A stretch of DNA of 64,000 nucleotides from contig CM059425.1 in NCBI GenBank assembly GCA_030390025.1, positions 165,356,001 to 165,420,000 on the forward strand, given 5' to 3'. The translations under genes were made by a program, and so were the position numbers. This document shows positions 12,069-23,639 of this stretch, piece after piece; the first letter of the stretch is position 1, and every line of letters begins with the position of its first letter. The DNA comes from Squalus acanthias (taxonomy: Eukaryota). A model generated the notes under the pieces. That model made no database searches. It was given only the letters and a program-made list of their open reading frames with translations, and was not told the origin of the DNA.

Positions 12069-15000
12069 GGTCGGAATTTTCTGGGGTTCGTGTGGGCGCG
12101 ATCAGAGACGGGTTGGGTGGGAAATTTGAAAAAAGTCAGAGCGGGTCGGGAATCCGCCGTCATCCCGCCCCACGTGCCTTTCCCTTAGGCACATTTGCCG
12201 GTGCAGCAGCGACCCGATCAGCAGAGGCAGGCGACCTAATTGCAATCATTATAAGCTTGTTGTCAGACACTTAAGAGCCTTTTCCCTCTTACATTTCAAA
12301 TTTCCCTCCATGACCACGGGATTCACGCAGCTCGGGAACCACGTCTGTCAACCTGAGGCGGGAGTTCCGTGGCCATTGCTCCAGCTGATTACTTGACAGC
12401 ATCAAATGTACTGTAAAAGCTCCGACCTCACAGCTGATCACTTTCCTCAGGGAGAAGCTGTTGCTGACTACAGTGCCAGCACAGATTTAACTTTCTGCAG
12501 GCTGCAAGTGTTTCCAGCAACGTCTCCATCCAGTGTCACTTCATTGGAAGGACCTATCCCACCATTGACAGATTGCTTCTGTCAACTCTTCTTAACCTGC
12601 CACCTATTCCATCAGCATGGGTGCCGCTTATACTGTCTCACCTTGGTCCTCAGAATTGGACCACGATGATCCCCAACACCAGCAGCACCAGGCACACCAG
12701 CAGCACCAACAATAACAACACCAACCTTCTCCGCAACCACCTGATGCAGCACAGGACAGAGCGCATCAGCACCTGAGCACATTGCTGCCTGGGAGGCCAG
12801 GGATGGCCTTATCATGTCCAGATTTACTTAACTTTACATTGTACACCCATACGGCTGCCACATGCTGCACCAGGTTGGCACCACCCCACAGCAACACCAT
12901 AAAGGATCCCTACAATAATCAAGCCGTTCCTTTCACACTGACCACCATTGCTGGAGGTAACGTTATGTCTCACCAATCACTGCAACTCACTAAGCCACTT
13001 CCAAAGGTGTACACAAATGTGTCCAAGACAGGAAAGTGGTGAAAGTAAAGATTTTAATGGTTGACATTACATTAACGGAATCTTGCCATTAACATTGAAT
13101 AAAACATCCAAGTGGCTACCCTTGTGAATCTACTTGTGTGTCATCTTTCTCTTCCGCGTGCTTCTACCAGGTGCTACCTCTGTGGCTTCAGCAGAGGTAG
13201 AGGCAGCCTGCTCACTTCCCTGCTGCGACTGCTTAGACACTCTTGGCAGACATCCTCTGGGTTTTGGAGCCTGTGATGGCCAAAGTCTGCTCCTCCTGCG
13301 ACTATGCAGGGGCAGACTCGGCCATCGCTGTCCGAGGGGGCATCTGGGGCTCTGACTGAGGGGGTGGCAACGGGGGAGAAGTGTAAGTGCTTTAAGAGGA
13401 GCCCACACTTCCCTCTCCCCTCTCACCGTCATCCCTCTCTTGGGCCACCCGCATTTCCCTGCTAGCAAGGAGCTGGAGAGCATCTTGCTGCACATAAGTT
13501 GGGCCAAGAGGACCCACGTCTACGCTGACATCCCTCCTAGAGAGGTGGTCTATGAGCCTCTGCCATCTATGCTCCATAGATAGCATATGCTCCTGTGAGT
13601 GGCGCATTAGCTGCTCCATGGAAGAGCCTACTGTTGCCATCGCCTGCGACACGGTGGTGCTCATGTTGGCGATGAACTCCTCCATTCTCTGAATAATTGC
13701 AGACATCGCGCTCGCAAAACTTGTCAGAGCCTTCTGCACTTCTTGCTGCACCTCCAGGATTGCCCTCTTTCTGGATGGTCCCCGAGGCTCAGCATCTGCA
13801 GAGCAGAGCTGGGAGTGTCCTGCACCCTCCGGCGAGCAGTCTCCACTGCTGTCCCTGTCTCCACCATCTGCTCTTGCTCACTTGTGACTTGTGATGGACC
13901 CGGTGACAACACTACTCTATCTCGTGTTGGAACCACCGAGGTGGGCGTCTCTGCACTGGTGCTGGGTGGGTGCAGTCATGTCTGGTGACGCTGCGCCCTC
14001 AGAGGCTGGAGGCTGCTCTGAGCAGTCATCTTGCTCTTCCTCCTGGATAGTGGGGGGGGAGGGGGGGGTGCACTTGATGGACCTGTGGGAGAGTAAAGAG
14101 ATGAGTTAGATATATCATATGAAGAATGGGTGCACATACCATTATGCACATGATGACCATTCACTGGCTGCTGACATCAGTCCCCCTATGAGTGACTGCT
14201 GTATGCCATGTAGCTGTATGATATGTAATTCTGTCACCAGGTTGCTGAGATGTCCCCCTCTCTCTGTCTCCCACCTTTAGCTGCTCAGGCACTCCCAAGA
14301 GTTCCAACGCAGCCTCCTCTGCTGTTGTGAGGGTCGCAAATGATGGAGGCCCACCTCCAGTTCTCTCCCTCTCCCTCTTATTGTGGGCTCTCTTCTCCTG
14401 CACGGAGGGAAAGAAGAGAAGGTTGAGTGAGTGTGATGGAATGAGTTTAAGGAATGGATGGGTTACATCTTTAGAAGGAGACTATGATGGATTGGGGTGG
14501 CAATGCCAAGTGGGCTCCTTGCGTGTTGTTAGTTGGTATGATTGCATTAGGATGAGGGTGAGTGTGAGGGGTGGCTAGTAAGATGGGGATATGATAACGT
14601 AGATAGAGAGAGAGGGATGGGTGGAGGTGCAAGGTATGTTGGTGTGAGTAAGGATGTGCAGGAGTAGGGTTTGGAAGGCAGAGTGATGGGGATGTGATGA
14701 GAGGCACAGCAGGATGAAGTTGAGTGTGGCTTTGTACTCACCTTTCCTGATCTAATGAGATCATTGAAGCTTTTGCGGCACAGCACCCAGTTCCTCCTGA
14801 ACACATCCCTGCTGTTGACCTTCTCTGCAATTTGGAGCCAGGCTCTTTTTGTCTCCTGGGGAGGTCTCTTCTGCCCATTGGAAGGCAAGAGGAGCTCCCT
14901 GCGTGCTCTGACTTCCTCCACAAGGATATGGAGGGAGTCATTGGAGAACCTGGGTGTAGCCCTCTGCCTCTGTGCAGCCATCTCTCCAACTGTTTGGAGC

Positions 15001-15160
15001 AAAGAAAACCTCCAGTGTGCTGCCTGCACACTGCTAGATGAACCTTCAAATGTAATGTGGCCAAGGCTCCTTTAAATATACAGGCTGAAAACGTGTCATG
15101 GATGACATCATCAGACCCGCACCATTTAATAGGGCTGGGTAACGCACAGGGCAGGCGAAA
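12069..15160 (+). mobile_element. Internally deleted Harbinger of a second family: transposase reduced to its N-terminus (ATG 12617), Myb gene retained, right end lost
   Basis: GGTCGGAATTTT left end with GC-rich subterminal region; MGAAY... start; convergent Myb-like gene; followed directly by a CR1 fragment. Confidence 0.75.
13130..14981 (-). pseudogene. Harbinger Myb/SANT-like gene, exons 14981-14742, 14397-14238, 14082-13130
   Basis: Exon 1 is 240 nt (PRFS..L.ILVEEV...W.QIA..V...CRKSFNDL); exon 2 EKRAHNKRERERTGGGPP; canonical GT-AG sites; frameshifts only in exon 3; basic C-terminus RKRK. Confidence 0.88.
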
Positions 15161-15161
15161 C

Positions 15162-15485
15162 GGTCTTTAGAAAAGACAGGGAAATATAAAAAGGAGGAGT
15201 AGTAATATTACGAAAAGACAATATTATATCAGTAAGGGTGAGCAGGCAGTGGAAACACTGGGTAGAATAAAGAAATAGCAAAGGATGCAAGACTCAGATG
15301 GGAGTTGTCTACAGACCTCCTAACAGCAGTGATGCAGGAGCAGGATTCATAAATTCAGAGATCAGAGAAGCATGTAACAATAGGTAAAGCACTTAAATTG
15401 GGAGATTTTAATTTTCACATGGACTAGGAGATGCAAAACAGCTCAAGTCGTAAAGACAATGAATCTTTAGGGTGCATCCAGGACC
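15162..15485 (+). mobile_element. Decayed CR1 endonuclease fragment
   Basis: VFRKDR..KGG, GVVYRPPN, GDFN remnants. Confidence 0.7.
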
Positions 15486-15762
15486 AATGTTCTCTTTATT
15501 TTTTTTCTGTGCGTGGTCCCTTTAAATTTGTTGCGCGTTAAACTAGGCTGAGCTGTGAACAGGCAAACCTACAGAAAAGCAATGGGAGATATTCAAAGAG
15601 GTATTTAGTACAATACAAGAACACTCAGCTGTGACCTAGGCATCAAATTAGGGCACAATGAAGACTCAGTTGACCTTGCAAAGTCCTCCTTGCTAACATC
15701 TAGGGACAGTGCCAAGGTTCGGAGAGCCAAAGATTAGTGAAGCAAAAGCCTGACATAGTCAT

Positions 15763-15981
15763 TGACATGAATCTGTCATTCATGACTTATGAAATAATAC
15801 TGAGTGGCCTGCGGGTGGCGCTGTCCAGGGAGAGTATAAATACTCGGGCACGGGCCCAGCTTGCACAGGACATTCTTAACAGGAACTAGTAAAGGACACA
15901 ACTAGACCTCCATGTTGTAAAACAGTTGATTAAAGCTTTGTTTAATGCTTAGACCAAGTGCCTAGTAGTTTTCTTACGTCA
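15763..15981 (+). mobile_element. Solo LTR (219 bp)
   Basis: TGAC...GTCA ends, 5-bp TSD GTCAT (15758-15762, 15982-15986), TATAAA near 15836 and ATTAAA near 15928; removal restores the LINE. Confidence 0.8.
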
Positions 15982-16409
15982 GTCATAGTCACAGAATCAT
16001 ACCTAGCAGTCAATTTCCTAGACTTCTCCGTCATCATCCCTGGGTATGTGCTGTCCCACCATCAGGACAGACGCACAAGAGGCGGGGGCAGAGTGGTATA
16101 CAGTTGATTAGGAGTGGCCCTGGTAGTCCTTAACATTGACTCCGGACCCAATGAAGTCTCATGGTTTCAGATCACACATGGACAAGGAAACCTGCTGATT
16201 CCCTCAGCTGATGAATCAGTACTCCACCATGTTGAACACCACTTGGAGGAAGCACTGTGGGTAGCAAGGGCACAGAATGTACTCTGGGTGGGGTACTTCA
16301 ATGTCCATCACCAGAAGTGGCTCGGTAATCTTGAAGGACATAGCTGCCAGAGTGGGATTGCGGCAGGTGGTGAGAAAACCAACACAAGGGAATAACATAC
16401 TTGACCTTG

Positions 16410-17868
16410 TGTAACAGTTCATTTTCTGAAATCTAAATATAGATTTGCAACTATTCCGTTTATTGTAGTTGACCAAGTCCAGATACACACAATGGGCTGG
16501 ATTTTGCCAATGGGGAGCTTTTGGAGGCGGGAATCCCACTTGTCAGGTTTCAGTCCCGCCTCCATCAACTTCTGGCCAACCCATGCTATTTTCCCTTGAT
16601 TGACCTTGTTAAGCCCGCCCAGCGGGTATAGTAGGCCAATTAAGGGAAAGCCAGTTACAGAGAACGTCAGCGTATGACGTTTCATCTGTCAAAAATTTTT
16701 GACAGATGAATTGTTATCGTTTGACAGCTCTGTGAAGCTGTCAAACAGTGACATTCCCTGTAGTTTGATGAGTTCTTGAATTCAAGACTCATCAAACCTC
16801 TTTCTTTTGCAGAAATTAGATGGTTGTTGCACTGGAGAATGCAACGGCCACCTGTCATCTCGACCGCAGAGGTGCGAGACTCTCCTCATACCCACCGACT
16901 GAAGCCTGCAGGAAGAAACAAAGGTAAGTAAACTTTTACTAACAATTTCCATTTACCTCACATTCTCACCTCTCCACACTTGCACCCATCACTTACCTTC
17001 ACAGCGCACTTTTGCACCCCTCCGACCCCCGCAGACCCACTACTCGCCTCGGTGACCCTGGCGGGTTTCGGAGCCTTTGGGAAGCCCACATTTGTGTGGG
17101 CAAAATGGGGATAATCCTCTTATCTGCCTGTTAACTACCTGTTAACAGGCAGTTAAGTGGCTGTAATCCCCTTCCCGCCTCCAAGGAGACGGGAACCGGC
17201 GCGGGACAACTACCCACCTCCTGGCAAGATGGCACGGAGGCGAGTTGGGCACCCGCCCCCAAATTCTGCCATTTTCCCAGCAGTCCCGCCTCCAAACCTG
17301 CCTCCCCAGGGCTGGCAAAATCCAGCCCAATGTCTTTAAGCAGTAGACATACAGAGAAATAAATGATATTACCGCGATTTCCCCAGGTAAACATGACACC
17401 TTCGTTGTTCCTTTTCAAATTCAATTCTCTCTACAACTTGTTAAAAAAAGCTGAGGATCTTTAAAGTCTGTTTCTCATGAATCCTGTCAGTGCTAATTAG
17501 TTATGGCATGACAAGTGTTATTGTGAACAAGTCCCCAGAAAGGAAGTATTTTCTTCAAAACAACAGATGCCAACTTGTTTTCTATCCTACATCTATTGTT
17601 CCACTTCTTATCTCAAAACAGTCTTGGCTATCTGTTTCACAATGTGGCCATGAAAATACACGAATCATACATCCTGTATTTTCAGCAAACACTTAAACAA
17701 CAGTGTCAGCTAAATTGTACCCTGACACATTAAACCCTAAAGCATCCTGGGAATGTACAACTTTTTACCATTTCATTAAGTAAAAAGAAACCAAAATATT
17801 TAATCATATAAGATTAAACCAAATCCTAATCCTACATATATATGTATACACAACTAGGGTATTTTACA
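16410..17868. mobile_element. TGTAA...TTACA-bounded insertion (solo LTR or Ginger-like), about 620 bp plus a nested MITE
   Basis: 4-bp TSD CTTG (16406-16409, 17869-17872); removal restores LINE codons LDLVLTNL. Confidence 0.7.
16494..17328 (+). mobile_element. Harbinger-type MITE (835 bp)
   Basis: Perfect 16-bp TIR GGGCTGGATTTTGCCA / TGGCAAAATCCAGCCC, TSD AAT. Confidence 0.93.
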
Positions 17869-20800
17869 CTTGTCCTTACCAATCTATTCGTCGCAGATGC
17901 ATCTGTCCACTGCGATATTTGTAGAAGTGACCACCGTACAGTCCTTGTGGCGACCAAGTCCCGTCTTCACATTGAGGACATCCTCCATCGTGTTGTATGG
18001 CACTACCACCATGCTAAGTGGGATAGACTAAAAATAGACCTAGCAGCCCAAAACTGGGCTCCATGATTTGCTGTGGGTTATCAGCAGCAGCAGAATCGTA
18101 TTCCACCACAATCTGTAACCTCATGGCCCAACATATCCCTCACTCATCGATTATCATCAAGCCAGATGACCAACACTGGTTCAATGAGGAGTGTAGAAGA
18201 GCATGTCGGAAGCAATGCCAGGGATACCTGAAAATGACATGCTAACCAGATGAAGCTATAACACAGGACTACAGGCATGCTAAACAGAGGACAGAGCTAA
18301 GCGATCTCACAACCAAAAGATCAAGTCAAAGCTCTGTAGTCCTACCACAGTCAGTCATAAATGGTGGTAGACAATTAATCAACTAATGAGAGGAACATCC
18401 CCAACCTCAATGGGGAGCCCAACACATGAATGCAAACGACAAGGCTGAAGCATTCCCAACCATCGTCAGCCAGAAGTGCCGCATGGAAGATCCTTCTTGG
18501 TCTCCTCTTGAGGTTCCATGCTTTTGCCTCCCTTTGAGGAGGCCATTCTAGGCATCCTTGACTATGTAAGCTTTGCGAGTGTAGAGGAAGGTGAAGCTGG
18601 AGGCCTTCCTCTAGCTCATGACGAGAACCTCCTGCTCTTGTCATGTCTTGGTTTCCCTACTCCCTCACATGCAAACAAACATAAATCATCACACACAATA
18701 TATTGCGATGTAAGCTCTGTTTGAAGGTATCTCTTGGAGCCAGCAATGTAATATAATTTATTCCCCTGTTATTGTATGCCTGGAGGAACAAATTGCCAGC
18801 ACTGCCAGTGGCCCTGAGCAAGTCAGCACCTCTCAGCATCCTGCATTACTCTCATCAATCTTTACAAACATCAACACAGCTTGAGGAGATTGCACAGGGT
18901 ATGTCACAATGCACAGATGAGGATAAGAAGTGAGGGTGCCAGAGTAGGAGCAGGAACCAGACAGAAAGCCCACATGGAGGCATCAATGACACTCTGTGCT
19001 TTAGGAAATTCAGAAGTGCAGTTAAATTAGTCAATCCTGTCACACTCCTGATGCTATTTAGTGTGAAAGAAGATGAAAGTGTTGGCCCTGTTTAATAATG
19101 CATCTGTCAGCTGGTTGATACATCTTGATGCAGAAAATTGGCTGATACTAAACATCTTTTAAAAAAATTAATTCACGGGATGTGGGCATCTCTGGCAAGG
19201 TCAGCATTTATTGTCCATCCCTAGTTGCTCTTGAGAAGGTGGTGGTGAGCCGCCTTCTTGAACCGCTGCAGTCCTTGTGGTGAAGGGAGGGAGTTCCAGG
19301 ATTTTGATCCAGTGACGATGAAGGAACGGCGATATATTTCCAAGTCAGGATGGTGTGTGACTTGGAGGGGAACTTGGAGGTGGTGGTGTTCCCATGCACC
19401 TGCTGCCCTTGTCCTTCTAGGTGGAAGAGGTTGCAGGTTTGGGAGGTGCTGTCGAAGAAGCTTTGGCGAGTTGCTGCAGTGCATCTTGTAGATGGTACAC
19501 ACTGCAGCCACTGTGCGCCGGTGGTGGAGGGAGTGAATGTTTAAGGTGGTGGATGGGGTGCCAATCAAGTGGGCTGCTTTGTCCTGGATGTTTGCAAGCT
19601 TCTTGAGTGTTGTTGGAGCTGTACTCATCCAGGCAAGTGGAGAGTATTCCATCACAAACCTGACTTGTGCCTTGTAGATGGTGGAAAGGCTTTGAGGTCA
19701 GGAGGTGAGTCACTTGCCACAGAATACCTAGCCTCTGACCTGCTCTTGTAGCCACAGTATTTATGTGGCTGGTCCAGGTAAGCTTTTGGTCAATGGTGAC
19801 CCCCAGGATGTTGATGATGGGGGATTCAATGATGGTAATGGCATTGAATGTCAAGGGGAGGTGGTTTGATTTTCTCTTGCTGGAGATGGTCATTGGCTGG
19901 TACTTGTGTGGCGGGAATATTACTTGGCACTTATCAGCCCAAGCCCGAATGTTGTCCAGGTCTTGCTGCATGCGGGCACAGACTGCTTCATTATCGAAGG
20001 AATTGCGAATGAAACTGAACACTGTGCAATCATCAGCGAACCTTCTGACCTTATGATGGAGGAGAGATCATTGATGAAGCAGCTCAAGATGGTTGGGCCT
20101 AGGACACTGCCCTGTCCTGGGGCTGAGATGATTGGCCTCAAACAACTACAACCATCTTCCTTTGTACTAGGCAGTGAAGAGGTTTCCCCCTGATTCCCAT
20201 TAATTTCAATTTTTCTAGGGCTCCTTGATGCCACACTTGGTCAAATGCTGCCCTGATGCCAAGGGCAGTCACTCTCACCTCACCTCTGGAATTCGGCTCT
20301 TTTGTCCATGTTTGGACCAAGGCTGTAATGAGGTCAGGAGCCGAGTGGTCCTGGCGTAACCCAAACTCAGCATTGGTGAGCGGGTTATTGGTGAGTAAGT
20401 GCCGCTTGATAGCACTGTCGACAACACCTTCCATCACTTTGCTGTTGATTGAGAGTAGACTGATGGGGCGGTAATTGACCAGATTGGATTTGTTCTGCTT
20501 TTTGTGTAAATGCCAGTGTTGTAGCTGTTCTGGAACAGCTTGGCTAGAGGCGCAGCTAGTTCTGGAGCACAAGTCTTCAGCACTACAGCCGGGATTTTGT
20601 AAGGGCTCATAGCCTTTGCTGTATCCAGTGCGCTATGCTGTTTCTTGATATCACATGGAGTGAATTGAATTGGCTGAAGACTGGCTTCTGTGATGGTGGG
20701 GATCTCCGGAGGATGCTAAGATGGATCATCCACTCAGCACTTCCGGCTGAAGATGGTTGCAAACGCTTCAGCCTTGTCTTTTGCACTCACATGCTGGGCT

Positions 20801-21255
20801 CCGCCATCATTGAGGATGGGGATATTCATGGAGACTCCTCCTTCCATTATTTGTTTAATTCACGACTTGATGTGGCAGGACTGCAGAGCTTTGATCTGAT
20901 CCGTTGATTGTGGGATCGCTTAGCTCTGTCTATAGCATGCTGTTTCCACTGTTTAGCATGCATCTAGTCCTGTGTTGCAGCTTCCCCAGGTTGGCACCTC
21001 ATTTTTAGGTACGCCTGGTGCTGCTCCTGGCATGCTCTTCTACACTCCTTATTGAACCAGGGTTGGTCCCCTGGCTTAATGGTAATGGTAGAGTGAGGGA
21101 TATGCTGGGCCATGAAGTTAGAGATTGTGCTGGAATACAATTCTGCTGCTCCTGATGGCCCACAGCGCCTGATAGATGCCCAGTTTTGAGCTGCTAGATC
21201 TGTTCTGAATCTATCCCTTTTAGCACAGTGGTAGTGCCACACAATACGATGGAGG

Positions 21256-21429
21256 CAACGTTCCTTCTGAGCTGCGCACGTGCACATCCACGCAATAATC
21301 TGCAAAATCCTTCGCAGGCCGCTTACAAGCTTTTACATTGGAAATACCTCTCATGCGCAGAAATTTAAAGGACCACACATTGAATGATACAGGCCGCGCA
21401 GAACATAGTGCAGCCTACAGGGAACCTCG
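21256..21429. mobile_element. hAT-type MITE (174 bp) inserted in the LINE
   Basis: 8-bp TSD GATGGAGG (21248-21255, 21430-21437); imperfect TIR CAACGTTCC / GGAACCTCG. Confidence 0.78.
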
Positions 21430-22334
21430 GATGGAGGGTGTCCTCAGTGTGAAGACGGGACTTCGTCTCCACACTGTACGGTGGTCACTCCTACTAATAC
21501 TGTCATCGAAGATGCATCTGCGACAGGTAGGTTGGTGAGGAGGAGGTCAAGTAGGTTTTTCCTTCATGTTGGTTCTTTCACCATCTGGCAGCTTTGTCCT
21601 TCAGGACTCTGCCTGCTTGGTCAGTATTGGTGCTATCGAGCCACTCTTGGTGTTGGACATTGAAGTCCCCCATCCAGAGTACATTCTATGCCCTTGATAC
21701 CCTCAGTGCTTCTTCCAAGTGGTGTTCAACTGATTCATCTGCTGAGAGAGGGCGGTAGGTGGCAATCAGCAGGTTTCCTGTCCCATGTTTGACCTGATGC
21801 CATGAGACTTCATGGGGTCTGGAATCAATGTTGAGGACTCCCAGGCCACTCCCTCCTGACTGTATACCACTGTGCCACCACCTCTGGTGGTTATAGGTAT
21901 GATTCGGTGAGTGTGACTATGTCAAGCTGTTGTTTGACTAGTCTGTAGGACAGCTCTCCCAATTTTTGTACAAGTCCCCAGATGTTAGTGAGGAGGGCTT
22001 TGTAGGGTCAACTGGGCTGGGTGTGCCTTTGTCATGTCCGAATCCAGTGCCTAAGTCGATGCCGGGTGGTCCATCCAGTTTTATTCTTATTATTGTTTTT
22101 CGTAGCGGTTTGATACAACTGAATGGTTTGCTAGGCCATTTCAGAGGGCAGTTAAGAGTGGGTCTGGAGTCACACATAGGCCAGACCGGGTAAGGACGGC
22201 AAATTTCTTTCCCTAAAGGACATTAGTGAACCAGATGGGTTTTTACAACAATCCGATAGTTTCCTAGTCACCATCACTGATACTAGCTTTTTATTCCAGA
22301 TTTATTTAATTAACTGAATTTAAATTCCAGAGCT

Positions 22335-22425
22335 GCCATGGTGGGATTTGAACTCATGTCTGTGGATCATTTGCGCAGGCCTCTGGAATACCAGTCGAGT
22401 AACATAATTGCAATGACACCGTACT
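22335..22425 (-). promoter_or_regulatory. tRNA-derived head / internal Pol III promoter at the 5' end of the LINE
   Basis: B box GAGTTCAAATCCC (22355-22343) in a T-arm-like hairpin; degenerate A box about 55-65 nt upstream. Confidence 0.65.
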
Positions 22426-23639
22426 CTCCACTGCTAGCCTGAAAGGAGGCAGTGATATTAATACTGAGAGCAGAGATGACTATGTCTGCCACTGGCAGTG
22501 TCATTTCTGTGGAGGCGGTTAGCAGTAAGTCTTTTTGTGTCAGATGGCATAGTTCTGCAACTACTTCCCTACTGAACTTGAGCTTTCAGAGGCAGCTATC
22601 GTTGCCAGGTAGCTCTGCCTGGTCCTGTAGATATGGTTGGTGGCATAACAGCAAGTGTGGACATACAGATCTTGTACCATCTGATCTTTGGCGTGCTTTC
22701 TTTGTTCTGTCCTTTTGTCCTCTGATAGTAAAGTCCATCCCCATTGATTGGCTGAGACCAAAATCTGCCCCATTGTATTGTTTGTGGCACAGTCCACCCC
22801 AACCTCCCAGTTTAAGGAATTAACAGGCACAAGTAGTACCTGGGTTGGAGAAAAATATTTTTTAAAGTATTAAACTGCATTACATTTAACATTACCCTCA
22901 AGTTTTAAATACTTTCTCTTTCTCAGTATGTACCATAATTAACAGTTCTTTCATTTTAATTAATATTTAATGAAAAGTATAAATTTTACACTTTTGGTTA
23001 TTCTAACCCTTTTCTGTTAAATATATGGTTTGAGACCTCAAAATATTTTATTCACAGAATGTGGTTGCATTTAAAATACTTTCCATCCTTGTAGATTATC
23101 ACCTTTAAACTTTGATGCCTGTAACATACCGAACAGCTGCTTGTGAATGCATAGCCTTACAATATTTAGAAGTAATTCATGAAATATTAGGCCATATTGG
23201 ATGTATCTTAACTGTGTCTAAATAAATTCCCAAAAGACTTGAAAGGCTGGGAATCAGAATGATATCAGTCTGTCTTAGGTTAAAGGCACAAGCAAGGAAG
23301 CATAAACTATGAAACCTGGAATTGGCTAATGAAACCAGAATGCTCAGGGACATTCATTCCCTGGAGGAGTCATTTTGAGTGTTGAGAAAATCAGATTAAA
23401 TGTCAAAGAGAATTCATTTTTCACAGTATTCTCTTAGGAAAATTAAATGAAAGCAGGGAGACAATGCGATCCCTTTAAGCATTCCTTGGCATGCAGATCA
23501 AAGCATTTTTATTGTGATTAAAAAAATAGTTGGGTAGATGCAGATGTAAATTATTCCTTCACAAATGTGGACCGATCCACATAGACAGGAGATGCAGATG
23601 GTTATTTCGTCTTGTGAGTAGTCCAACGCAAGGAGCTGT

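Larger units (their letters stand above)
15632..18520 (+). mobile_element. Second, fragmented copy of the LINE family at 19168-22425 (5' lead-in, endonuclease, linker), split by two insertions
   Basis: PDIV..TESYL, IPGYVLSH.QDR..RGGG, FNVHHQKWLG, SDHRTV, WFNEECRRAC; collinear with about 22050-20700 on the opposite strand. Confidence 0.85.
19168..22425 (-). mobile_element. Near full-length CR1/L2-group LINE with tRNA-like 5' head, no ORF1 and a single degraded endonuclease-RT ORF
   Basis: From about 21995: TNIWGL...DIV.LTESYL, YRP, GDFNV, NYRPISLL, AAFDQVWH, QGSVLGP, FADD, ILGVTIDQKL, MEYSPLAW; 3' end shared with 38411-38832. Confidence 0.9.

Noticed and set aside
18530..19130. Further Harbinger remnants (also about 760-1080, 24319-24815, 34802-35280)
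   Set aside because: Suggestive motifs only; ends and peptides are too decayed to support a call.
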